Origin: an uncultured virus (IMG/VR IMGVR_UViG_3300017642_000077)
Taxonomy: Duplodnaviria; Heunggongvirae; Uroviricota; Caudoviricetes
DNA length: 20,000 bases
Virus record (IMG/VR): IMGVR_UViG_3300017642_000077
Reading direction: 5' to 3' (one strand)
Part shown: one piece after another, positions 6,900 through 14,897 of the stretch
Position numbering within the stretch: the first letter of the stretch is position 1
How the letters are laid out: every line of letters begins with the position of its first letter
The notes under the pieces: generated by a model
What the model was told of the DNA's origin: nothing
The model's database searches: none
Seen by the model: only the letters and a program-made list of their open reading frames with translations
Made by a program: the position numbers and the translations under genes

Positions 6900-6977
6900 C
6901 GGGACGTAGCGCAGTCTGGTTAGCGCGCCTGCCTTGGGCGCAGGAGGCCGGGCGTTCAAATCGCCCCGTCCCGACCA
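6900..6977 (+). tRNA. trnP: tRNA-Pro (anticodon TGG)
   Basis: Acceptor CGGGACG/CGTCCCG, A73, CCA; D-arm GCGC/GCGC; anticodon arm CCTGC-CTTGGGC-GCAGG; T-arm GGGCG-TTCAAAT-CGCCC. Confidence 0.96.
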
Positions 6978-7057
6978 AATCTCCCTCTTGCGGTTTCCCC
7001 GACCGCCAACCCCAACCGGGCCGTCTCCGGTGAGACGGCCCAAACGCCAATCAACGC

Positions 7058-7198
7058 CCGCATGGTGCGCGGCGGAACAGGAGGTAGAGCACTGCTCACC
7101 CTGATAGAGGATTGGATTCCCGCAATCCATACATGGCCCGAGGATGGCGCAGCATCAAAGCGCATCCGGGGAGATGGTATCGAATACCACCCTGCGGA
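7058..7198 (+). ncRNA. Putative expanded tRNA-like / multibranch RNA
   Basis: Ends pair (CCGCATGGTG/CACCCTGCGG); T-arm-like TGGT-ATCGAAT-ACCA; D-loop-like GGTAGAGCA; three internal hairpins. Confidence 0.4.
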
Positions 7199-7248
7199 GT
7201 GACTGAGGCAGCAACACGAATAAACAACCAGAGATGTTAGGAGAAAGC

Positions 7249-7356
7249 ATGATCCGAGGACCGACCAGTCGCCGTACCGAAAAGAATATAGCCCTGGAGA
7301 GCATCAGCAAGATCATCATCGGCGCCCACGGCACCGCCCCCGGCAAGAACATCTAG
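7249..7356 (+). CDS. Micro-protein (35 aa)
   Basis: AGGAG RBS; MIRGPTSRRTEKNIALESISKIIIGAHGTAPGKNI; below the ORF-track length cutoff. Confidence 0.45.
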   Translation: MIRGPTSRRTEKNIALESISKIIIGAHGTAPGKNI

Positions 7357-7518
7357 ACCGGCGGCTTGGCCATCTGAAACGCCCCCCGCTACTTGGCTCA
7401 CGGGAGGCCTGAAACCACGCATGTAAAAACCAATAGGAGGCGCGAAGCAGATGACAAAAGAAAAGGGTTAGATATCCGGTGTGGCCCTGATGGTGCTGCA
7501 CTTTTACAGAGTGACCGT

Positions 7519-7564
7519 GCCCGGCCAAAATCTACACCAACAGGTGATTTGGCCGGGCTTTTTT
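7519..7564 (+). terminator. Intrinsic terminator
   Basis: GCCCGGCCAAA...TTTGGCCGGGC followed by T6. Confidence 0.7.
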
Positions 7565-7667
7565 AGAGATGGAGCAAAGAGGCGGTTTGCACCCGCGAGC
7601 GTGGCCGCCATGCGAGACCGTCAAGAGCGGCAGGGGAACCCCCGAAGGCAACCTTTGTTCCATCTCT
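7565..7667 (+). ncRNA. Putative structured ncRNA (15-bp closing helix, multibranch)
   Basis: AGAGATGGAGCAAAG pairs with CTTTGTTCCATCTCT (one G-U); internal GGCGGTT/GGCCGCC and further short stems. Confidence 0.45.
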
Positions 7668-7791
7668 CCCAGCCGGGACTTGGCGGTCCTGGACGGGGAA
7701 AGGCTTTGCTTCCAGAACCCATCCCGTGGCGGCCGTGGATAGGCCGCGGCTGCTTCGGGGGTGGGGTCAGACACACACCACGGAGGCCACC

Positions 7792-7884
7792 ATGGGCATT
7801 GCACGCAGACGGGCGCGACGTAGGGCCGGAAAACAGCAACGGAAACGTAAGCGGAGGATGCAACGCCATGTGCTATCCGTATGA
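7792..7884 (+). CDS. Arginine-rich micro-protein (30 aa), N-like ARM peptide
   Basis: GGAGG RBS; MGIARRRARRRAGKQQRKRKRRMQRHVLSV; overlaps the next gene. Confidence 0.55.
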   Translation: MGIARRRARRRAGKQQRKRKRRMQRHVLSV

Positions 7885-8038
7885 GCCTGACCATATCAAG
7901 CACGCGTTCTGGTCGCTGGCGCTGGTCGCCGTCGTTGTTGTTGCGGTCATTGTCATTACCGCATGGTCAAGACCGTCGCTCGAAGCGCAATATCAAGCCC
8001 GGTGTATCGCCGGGAACATATGCGAGGTGCCGAAATGA
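7868..8038 (+). CDS. Small single-pass membrane protein (56 aa)
   Basis: GGAGG RBS; hydrophobic stretch FWSLALVAVVVVAVIVITAW. Confidence 0.6.
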   Translation: MCYPYEPDHIKHAFWSLALVAVVVVAVIVITAWSRPSLEAQYQARCIAGNICEVPK

Positions 8039-8355
8039 ACATCCCAAGCTATGCGACGTGCTCCATGTGCACCGGATATGAGGACGATAAATTGCACCCG
8101 GACTGCGGGACTTGCGTCGAATACGACAAGCAAGTCTTGGGAGCTATTGAAGCGGCTTGTTTGCCCAAGCCCAAGTTTTTCCGTTTAAGCATCCCTTGGG
8201 ACGCTAAGCCACCCTGCGGATGCGATGGATGGCAGCCCAACGATGAGGAACGAAGGTTCCAAGAAGAGGCCTCGACTCTTGTGGAGGCCTTGCCCATGGA
8301 CGACTTTCAGGCTCGCAACATGGAGGCCGGGCGACGGCCGGGAGGTGGAATATGA
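8035..8355 (+). CDS. Cys-rich hypothetical protein
   Basis: ATGA coupling; CSMC, CGTC and CGC motifs. Confidence 0.65.
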   Translation: MNIPSYATCSMCTGYEDDKLHPDCGTCVEYDKQVLGAIEAACLPKPKFFRLSIPWDAKPPCGCDGWQPNDEERRFQEEASTLVEALPMDDFQARNMEAGRRPGGGI

Positions 8356-8549
8356 ACGCAACCCCCATCTATATCGCCCCCGAGCACGCCGCTGTCCGTG
8401 ACGCATGTATCGAGCGCGGGCAACTGCGGCCCCAGGATCGGGCGGACATCGAGCGCATTAAGGGCATGCCCATTGAGGAAGTCGGGACCATGCTCGTTGA
8501 ATCGGTCCTGGCCAGCTATCGGCATATGTTGGCCGTGCGGGGCTACTGA
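8352..8549 (+). CDS. Hypothetical protein (65 aa)
   Basis: GGAGGT RBS and ATGA coupling. Confidence 0.65.
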   Translation: MNATPIYIAPEHAAVRDACIERGQLRPQDRADIERIKGMPIEEVGTMLVESVLASYRHMLAVRGY

Positions 8550-8641
8550 TGGATACCCCCAAAAGCGAACCGCCCCGGTGCTGGAACACTGGGGCGGACG
8601 GGAAACAAAAAATCATCTCTCTGCGTTGAAGGAGAGAGCTT

Positions 8642-9484
8642 ATGAGTAATATCGAGGGGCGTCAACTCCCCACGCACGGCATCTACCCGAACATCTCCCA
8701 CGACGACTATCACGCCCACCCGGCGGTCTCGAAGTCCGGCCTGGATCGGCTGGAGCAAAGCCCGGCTCACTTCCGCGCCTATCTGGACGGCGAGGACAAG
8801 GACACCGACGCTAAGCGCATAGGCCGCCTGTGCCACATGGCCATCCTGGAACCGGCCCGATTTAAGACCGAGGCCGTGGTGCCCCCTGACATCAACCGCC
8901 GCACCAATGCCGGCAAGGCCGAGTGGGAGGAATGGCAGCGGTTGCATGTCGGTTGTGAGATCATCAAGGACCAAGCCGAGGCGGACCTGCTCCGGCGTAT
9001 TCAAGATTCCGTCCTCTCGCACAAAACGGCCGGGGCGTTCCTCTCCTACCAGGGCCAGGCCGAGGTCTCCGCATTCTGGACAGACCTGGAGAGCGGGGTT
9101 GCCTGCCGGTGTCGGCCGGACAAGGTGCTTGGGGGCGGCGTCATCATCGACCTCAAAAGCGCCCGAGACGCCAGCCCCAGGGGGTTCACCAAGGCCGTCG
9201 CCGACCATCGTTATCACGTCCAGCAGGCATTCTACCTGGATGGGTTCACAGCGGCCGGAGGCTACGCGGACACGTTTATTTTCGTGGCGTTTGAAAAAGA
9301 GCCGCCATTCGCCGTGTGCTGCCACCAGCTGCAACCGGAGGACGTGGAAGAGGGCCGGGCGGATTACAGACGCAATCTGGCCACCTTAGCCCGGTGCCGC
9401 GCCGAAAATAACTGGCCGTCCTACGCCGATGACATCGTACAAATTACCTTGCCCGCATGGGCGAGAAAGGAGTTTCGGATATGA
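8642..9484 (+). CDS. RecE/Exonuclease VIII-like PD-(D/E)XK nuclease
   Basis: GIYPNISHDDYHAHPAVSKSGLD...SPAHF; CRCRPDK...IIDLKS; YHVQQAFY; FIFVAFEKEPPF. Confidence 0.9.
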   Translation: MSNIEGRQLPTHGIYPNISHDDYHAHPAVSKSGLDRLEQSPAHFRAYLDGEDKDTDAKRIGRLCHMAILEPARFKTEAVVPPDINRRTNAGKAEWEEWQRLHVGCEIIKDQAEADLLRRIQDSVLSHKTAGAFLSYQGQAEVSAFWTDLESGVACRCRPDKVLGGGVIIDLKSARDASPRGFTKAVADHRYHVQQAFYLDGFTAAGGYADTFIFVAFEKEPPFAVCCHQLQPEDVEEGRADYRRNLATLARCRAENNWPSYADDIVQITLPAWARKEFRI

Positions 9485-10656
9485 GCGAAAGCTTGCCTGA
9501 TTTAAAGAAGGAATCGGCTGCGGCCTCTCCTGATGTGGTCCTCGGATTCGGAAACGCCGCCGGATTCGCCATGCTGCAACGGGCAGCCGGCCTATTGGCC
9601 AACTCCACGCTGGTCCCGGAAGCCTATCGGAAGTGGATCAAGGACAAGGACAACAAATACGGTCCTCTGGTCGAGAACGAAGCGGCCATTTCCAACTGTG
9701 TCATCGCCCTCAATATGGCCCAGCGTTTGGAAGCCGATCCAATCATGATCATGCAAAATCTGTATGTGGTCGAAGGCCGGCCTTCCTGGTCCTCGCAATT
9801 CATCATCGCCGCCCTGAACACTACGGGCCGTTTTTCTCCCTTGCGGTTTCAAATCAGCGAACCCGTGAAGAAGACGGTCCAGGTCACGACGGTGGATTGG
9901 GTCAACAAACAGAAGCAGGTGAAGAAGGAAAACATCGAAATCCAGGACCGGACCTGCATCGCATGGGCCGTTGAGAAGGAGACCGGAGAACGACTGGAGA
10001 GCCCGCCTATCTCCATCGAAATGGCCGCCAAGGAAGGATGGCTTACCAAGAAGGGGTCGAAGTGGCAGACCATGCCGGACCTCATGCTCCGCTACCGCGC
10101 CGCCACCCTGTTCGGACGACTCTATGCGCCTGAAAAACTGATGGGCCTGCAAACCGAGGACGAAAGTCGGGACATTTACGACCTTGAGCCGGCCAATGGT
10201 GGTTTTTCACTTCCCGAGACTACCCCAGCCGACCATACCGCCGACATCCTGAAGCGGGCTTCCCAGGGCCAGGAAGAGCCCTCCCAGTCGGTTGAACCCT
10301 CCACCAACGGTATCCGCAACAAGCCCACCAAGGCCGAGATGGAACAACGCCGCGAGGAGGCCAAGACCGCAATCCTGTCCGCCGGCCTGGACCTGGAAGG
10401 CGTCGAAAAGTCCCTCAACTCCTACGCTCAAAACTGGAACACCGCGCAGTGCCAGCGGGCCATGAAGATGGCTGAAGAGGCCCAGGAAGCCGCGAACGAG
10501 AACCCTGACGATGACCAGTCGGACGATGCCGCCCAAGCCGAAACTTCGGAAGAGCCTTTCGAATGCCCCAACAACAAAGGGCCGGTCCGCCTCTCCGTCG
10601 AGTGCGCCGCCTGCGACCAGATGGGCAAGTGTCCAATGACGGATGGGCAGGCCTAG
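9481..10656 (+). CDS. recT: RecT/Bet-like ssDNA annealing protein
   Basis: Coupled to the exonuclease; IALNMAQRL..PIMIMQNLYVVEGRPSWSSQFIIA and SKWQTMPDLMLRYRA motifs; acidic C-terminal tail ending in a Cys4 cluster. Confidence 0.75.
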   Translation: MSESLPDLKKESAAASPDVVLGFGNAAGFAMLQRAAGLLANSTLVPEAYRKWIKDKDNKYGPLVENEAAISNCVIALNMAQRLEADPIMIMQNLYVVEGRPSWSSQFIIAALNTTGRFSPLRFQISEPVKKTVQVTTVDWVNKQKQVKKENIEIQDRTCIAWAVEKETGERLESPPISIEMAAKEGWLTKKGSKWQTMPDLMLRYRAATLFGRLYAPEKLMGLQTEDESRDIYDLEPANGGFSLPETTPADHTADILKRASQGQEEPSQSVEPSTNGIRNKPTKAEMEQRREEAKTAILSAGLDLEGVEKSLNSYAQNWNTAQCQRAMKMAEEAQEAANENPDDDQSDDAAQAETSEEPFECPNNKGPVRLSVECAACDQMGKCPMTDGQA

Positions 10657-10658
10657 CT

Positions 10659-11234
10659 ATGCCCACTATCCACTATCCACCCCACGTCTGTGAACGCGAG
10701 GGATGCACGAACATGACCAGAAACAAGCGGTTCTGCTCGCACAAATGTAGTCTTATCACCTCAAAGGAGCAAGGCGAGGCGGGCAGGAAAGCAAAATTGC
10801 ATCCGTGCATGATCTGCGGTGAACCGACAAAAAGAAAGATATGCGGCAAGAAAAGCTGTAGGGCGGAATTCTTTCGGAGGAGCGCGCTACACAGGGGGCC
10901 GCAGGGTACTCGGCGGTGTATCGCATGTGGACAGGAAAAGTCACTTAATGAGTTCCGCCGCCTCTCCGATGCAAGAAACTGCTACTTTTCGAGCACCTGC
11001 CACGCTTGCCGACCTGAAAACGCTTACGTCCTTGGCCAGACCGAAGTCCCGAGAGTACAGCCGAAACCCAAGCCGGTCCCGGTTCAAGCGGCCTGGAAGG
11101 ACCCTGACCCGGGACGTCCTGTGTTACCCATCGCCGTTGACGAGCATGGGCGTCGGTCCGCCATTCCCTGGTCATCCCTGAATCTGGGAGGGCTGCCCGG
11201 GACATCAACAAGCGCAACGCCGTTCGCGGCGTGA
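10659..11234 (+). CDS. Multi zinc-finger hypothetical protein
   Basis: Multiple Cys clusters (CEREGC, FCSHKC, CMIC, ICGKKSC, CIAC, CHAC). Confidence 0.65.
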   Translation: MPTIHYPPHVCEREGCTNMTRNKRFCSHKCSLITSKEQGEAGRKAKLHPCMICGEPTKRKICGKKSCRAEFFRRSALHRGPQGTRRCIACGQEKSLNEFRRLSDARNCYFSSTCHACRPENAYVLGQTEVPRVQPKPKPVPVQAAWKDPDPGRPVLPIAVDEHGRRSAIPWSSLNLGGLPGTSTSATPFAA

Positions 11235-11241
11235 GGGAGGC

Positions 11242-11436
11242 GTGATGGCCAGCAAACGTCACCTCCGCCGTAAGGCCTGTGTAGGCAAAATCCGCCACGA
11301 GATCCTGGAGCAGGCTCGGGCCATGGCCTGGAACGGGACGAGCCCGTATCACTGTCCGTTCTGTGGCGGTTATCATGTCGGGCATTGCCCAGGATATAAG
11401 GATCGGTTCAAGAAGCCAAATGGGAGAAGGTACTGA
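11242..11436 (+). CDS. Small basic phage protein with CPFCGGYHVGH motif
   Basis: GGAGG RBS; coupled to the next gene. Confidence 0.7.
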   Translation: MMASKRHLRRKACVGKIRHEILEQARAMAWNGTSPYHCPFCGGYHVGHCPGYKDRFKKPNGRRY

Positions 11437-11699
11437 TGCTCGAATGGACTGAAGAATATGACCGCTACGACAACACCCACTACGAGGCGGCCGGACCGTA
11501 CCAGGAAGAGGACGGAACGACGTTTTATTATCGTATCGTCCCGGTTCTGCGGGATAACAAGGTCCAGTTCTCGACCTGCGAATCGGACGCAGAACTGATT
11601 TCGGCTGCTGACGCCGAGGAATTCCCGACAGTGGAGGCGGCCAAGGAGGACTGCCAGCAGCGGGACGACAACCTGCGCGATGAATTGGCCGGGTTGTGA
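11436..11699 (+). CDS. Acidic hypothetical protein
   Basis: TGATG coupling; 87 aa. Confidence 0.7.
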   Translation: MLEWTEEYDRYDNTHYEAAGPYQEEDGTTFYYRIVPVLRDNKVQFSTCESDAELISAADAEEFPTVEAAKEDCQQRDDNLRDELAGL

Positions 11700-11890
11700 A
11701 TTATCAACAAACCGTCCTCCCCATATTCCCCGCGCCAGGATCACTCGTTCGGGTGCCGTCTCCCGGTGGGGGATATGTTCGGACCTGGACCATGACCGAG
11801 GCGCGGGATTTGGGGCAGGGGCTACGGATAAAATGTGTGGGTGAGGGTGAAGTAGAGGCAGGGAGGGTGAAAGAAATTGCCAGACGTTGA
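11696..11890 (+). CDS. Hypothetical protein
   Basis: GTGA coupling; 64 aa. Confidence 0.5.
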   Translation: MNYQQTVLPIFPAPGSLVRVPSPGGGYVRTWTMTEARDLGQGLRIKCVGEGEVEAGRVKEIARR

Positions 11891-12074
11891 TATCATTATT
11901 GAGCCAGAACGTGGGCGTTGCATCGTTAGCAACGTCAGGATGATTTCCAAAAAGCAGGTGGAAAAAGCGCCAAACTGGCACGTTGTAGCGCTGGTTTTCG
12001 GTGTCGGAAGCGGCAGAGCAAACGCCCTGTGCCGGGAATGGTGGATCGATCCAAACACAACAGAGACCCGCTAG
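11877..12074 (+). CDS. Hypothetical protein
   Basis: GGAGG RBS upstream of a TTG start; PNWHVVALVFGVGSGRANALCREW motif. Confidence 0.55.
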   Translation: MPDVDIIIEPERGRCIVSNVRMISKKQVEKAPNWHVVALVFGVGSGRANALCREWWIDPNTTETR

Positions 12075-12131
12075 CCCCGCCTCCGACCGGCCCTTCGGGA
12101 GAGGGGCCGGGAACAACCAAAGGAGAGCATT

Positions 12132-12389
12132 GTGGAACGGAAAGAATACGAGGCCATTGCCACACAATGGAACGACCAGATTACCGACCTGGAACGCTGG
12201 AAGTGGCTCCGAGACAACCCGGGCAAGCTCGTCGTGATGCTGGACAATGACAGCACCCTTGTCCGGTTCGCGGCGGAAGACGATGCCCCGGAAGACATCA
12301 TTTTGATGAACTTTGAAAGCTGGGTCGGGAACGATGACGGCATCTTTTATCTTCTCAATGCCGTTGAGATCCGAGCTGAGGGAGTCTAA
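12132..12389 (+). CDS. Hypothetical protein
   Basis: AAGGAG RBS, GTG start; VVMLDNDST motif. Confidence 0.75.
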   Translation: MERKEYEAIATQWNDQITDLERWKWLRDNPGKLVVMLDNDSTLVRFAAEDDAPEDIILMNFESWVGNDDGIFYLLNAVEIRAEGV

Positions 12390-12470
12390 TCACCCCCGCC
12401 AGCCCCTTCTGGCCCGGCTTCTGAGACGCAGCGGCCACGGTCGTTGCGTCAACTGGAGCCACACTTTTAC

Positions 12471-12495
12471 AGACCGCTACGGCGGTCTTTTTGTT
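12471..12495 (+). terminator. Intrinsic terminator
   Basis: AGACCGC-TACG-GCGGTCT followed by TTTTGTT. Confidence 0.65.
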
Positions 12496-12505
12496 GGGGG
12501 AGAGG

Positions 12506-12844
12506 ATGGAAGTGAAGTTTACGCCTGGGCCGTGGCGAGTCCGCAAAGATGAAAACGGCAACACCGTCGTTGCTACGATGCCAGAGCCTTCCGATATCCT
12601 GCATGGGGCCACGCAATCGTGGCACCTTGCCGTTGTCATGGGGACTCCTGGGAAAAGAGACAAGCAAGCCAACGCCAACATCATGGCCGCCTCCCCCATA
12701 TTGTACGAGGCTCTGGAACAGCAGCTTACCCAACTTCAACTAATCTCCAATATGGTTGATGACGACGAGGTTATAGCCGCTACCATCGAAGCGTCTATGC
12801 AACTCATCAACAACGCTCTCCGTGCGGCGCGAGGCGAGAAATGA
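12506..12844 (+). CDS. Phage protein, TPGPW...ANA-x-x-x-AA-x-P family
   Basis: KFTPGPWRV and ANANIMAASPILYEALE, a common early-region phage signature. Confidence 0.8.
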   Translation: MEVKFTPGPWRVRKDENGNTVVATMPEPSDILHGATQSWHLAVVMGTPGKRDKQANANIMAASPILYEALEQQLTQLQLISNMVDDDEVIAATIEASMQLINNALRAARGEK

Positions 12845-13335
12845 GTAACGAAGACACCACGAAATACATCCAGGGAAAGCTCTTACAAGAACATCGTCGT
12901 GGACTCGACGCCTATTACCGAACTGAAATTTTCACCGAGCACGGTGTTCGTGTGGCGACTGTCGATCTGTGCCCCGAGGATGTCCCCAACGGCCAAGTTT
13001 ATCTGCGCGGCGGGACTGCGCGCCGTCTCGTCGCCTGTGTCAACGCCTGTGCCGGCATCACCACCGAACAACTGGAGCGCGGCGGCCTGGAAATGCCGTT
13101 GCTCTCCACCCTCGCCGACATCCGCCTTGCGTTGGGCGTGGGGGATAGGCCGATGTTGTCGGAGCTGGCCCCGCTGGTCTCCACGGCCGTCAGGCACAGG
13201 GAAATGGCAATCGGCGCACTCCAAAACGCCATCGGTATGTTGACGCTCTACACGTCGCCCACGGATGAACTGGCACAAAGCGGGATTCAGTCGCTCAAGG
13301 ATGTTCTTTTCCAGGTCAATGGAGGTAACGGATGA
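12841..13335 (+). CDS. Hypothetical phage protein
   Basis: ARRLVACVNACAGITTEQLE motif; ATGA coupling. Confidence 0.75.
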   Translation: MSNEDTTKYIQGKLLQEHRRGLDAYYRTEIFTEHGVRVATVDLCPEDVPNGQVYLRGGTARRLVACVNACAGITTEQLERGGLEMPLLSTLADIRLALGVGDRPMLSELAPLVSTAVRHREMAIGALQNAIGMLTLYTSPTDELAQSGIQSLKDVLFQVNGGNG

Positions 13336-13829
13336 GCCAATATCTTATCTTCTTCGGTCCGAATCAGGCTTGGTATCGCCCCGGAGCGAATGGATACACC
13401 GATTCGGCGCTCGAAGCAGGCCGATTCCCCCGTGAGGATGCCGTCGAACACGCCCGGCGCGGCAACTGCTTCGTGGTCGAAGACGGCTCCGATGAAATGC
13501 TCATGCTTTGCAATAAGTGGGAGAAGTATTTTTTGCCGAAGATGGCTGCCCACGCCGCCGAGGTTGAGCGGCTGAAGGTGGAGCGGGATGAAGCTGAGAG
13601 GGCGAGGAAATACCTCTATGACGGCGTGAACGAGGCACTTCATCCCAACGGAGGAGGGCCGGAACGCCCGGCTGGATGCGACCTCGTTGGATATCTTAAA
13701 CATGATCTGCAACAGCTTCGGGCCGAGCGTGACGCCGCCGTGCGGGAACGGGATGCGGCGTTAAAGATTGCAGAAGAAGCCCAGATGAGCTCCCGCGCCG
13801 CACTCACCAAGATAGGGGGATGGGGATGA
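13332..13829 (+). CDS. Hypothetical phage protein with coiled coil
   Basis: WYRPGANGYT..EAGRF N-terminal motif; GGAGGT RBS. Confidence 0.75.
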   Translation: MSQYLIFFGPNQAWYRPGANGYTDSALEAGRFPREDAVEHARRGNCFVVEDGSDEMLMLCNKWEKYFLPKMAAHAAEVERLKVERDEAERARKYLYDGVNEALHPNGGGPERPAGCDLVGYLKHDLQQLRAERDAAVRERDAALKIAEEAQMSSRAALTKIGGWG

Positions 13830-14092
13830 GGATGAGCGTCATGTCTAAGCACCACCAAGAGCTGACCAACGGGGCAGGGAAGTGTTCCGTCCCCATGTGG
13901 TCTGGCGGCTGTCCTGATGGCTTTTGCGATGAACCGGCCTACGGATTCCGCCCTGACTGCGAGACGTTCCGGGACGCCTACACTGGAGAGATAAAGCGCC
14001 TCGACGGTCGATATAATGGATACGTTCCAGGCCTCGCTTGCCCCAAGCATGGCGGCCCCAAGAAGCCGGAGGAAGAGAATGAACAGTCTTAA
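13826..14092 (+). CDS. Cys-containing hypothetical protein
   Basis: GKCSVPMW..GFCDEPAYG..GLACPKHGGP; exact start uncertain. Confidence 0.7.
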   Translation: MRMSVMSKHHQELTNGAGKCSVPMWSGGCPDGFCDEPAYGFRPDCETFRDAYTGEIKRLDGRYNGYVPGLACPKHGGPKKPEEENEQS

Positions 14093-14897
14093 AAAATACA
14101 ACTTCAAAGATGAACAGGGTCATCCTTTGGAAAACTGCCAAGACTTTATCGAATTGGTTCACCGCGCATCTTCCGCCGAGTCCTCCCTTGCGGCCATGCG
14201 GCAGCGGGCGGAGGAGGCGGAAGCCAGGGCCGCTGAAGAAGAAAAGTCATGCGAAGAGGCGCTGAAGGAACGAGACGAGCTTGAGGATATCCTTGGGAAC
14301 CTCGCCGCTTGTTTCGACCAGGAGTTTTCAAGCTCCTACGGTCCTGAGTCCATCTCTCATGACATAACCGAACTCCAGGAGAACCGGGACATCTGGCAAA
14401 GCAAGGTCGAAGGGCTGGAAAAGAAGGTCCGGGAAGCCATCTCCAGGGCAGAACGGGCGGAAGATGCGTTGCGGGATTTTGTTTCCATCCTGTCCATCCC
14501 CCATCCCGTCGAACATGGAACGTACAAAGAGCTGCTGACGACCGCCTTTGGTCACGCCAAGGAACTGTTGGGGATGGTTCCCGATCCTGGTGCCTCCCCT
14601 CCCGCCGACGCCAGCACAATGGGCGGAGACCATAGTGCTGACGCCACCGAATTGGTGGAGGGACCGTGTCCCGACTGTTCTCACGAGTCCGCTAAAGAAT
14701 ACTCTTGGCACTGCATCGGATGCACAAGCGGCGGTGGGGGCCGGGAACGGAGGCTGGTGGAGGCACTGGAAGCAATATCGCGTCGTGCTCCAATAGCTGG
14801 AAGCCGGGATGAATACCGACGTGGGCAACTTGACGCGTTAGAGGCGTGTCGAGAAGTGGCACTCGCCGCCCTGGCCGAGATGGAGCAAAAGTCATGA
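14079..14897 (+). CDS. Coiled-coil (Ead/Ea22-like region) hypothetical protein
   Basis: GGAGG RBS; Glu/Ala/Arg-rich coiled coils and a CxxC..CxxC module. Confidence 0.7.
   Translation: MNSLKKYNFKDEQGHPLENCQDFIELVHRASSAESSLAAMRQRAEEAEARAAEEEKSCEEALKERDELEDILGNLAACFDQEFSSSYGPESISHDITELQENRDIWQSKVEGLEKKVREAISRAERAEDALRDFVSILSIPHPVEHGTYKELLTTAFGHAKELLGMVPDPGASPPADASTMGGDHSADATELVEGPCPDCSHESAKEYSWHCIGCTSGGGGRERRLVEALEAISRRAPIAGSRDEYRRGQLDALEACREVALAALAEMEQKS

Noticed and set aside
6978..7130. Theta/HDV-like or hammerhead ribozyme after the tRNA
   Set aside because: No HDV nested pseudoknot found at the tRNA 3' end; CTGATAGA near 7101 lacks the downstream GAAA core.
7481..7867. N-terminal part of the 185-aa ORF 7481-8038
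   Set aside because: It crosses a terminator and structured RNA; only the RBS-supported part from 7868 looks real.
8570..8597. Hairpin CCGCCCCGGTG-CTGGAA-CACTGGGGCGG as a terminator
   Set aside because: No U-tract on the + strand; function cannot be assigned.
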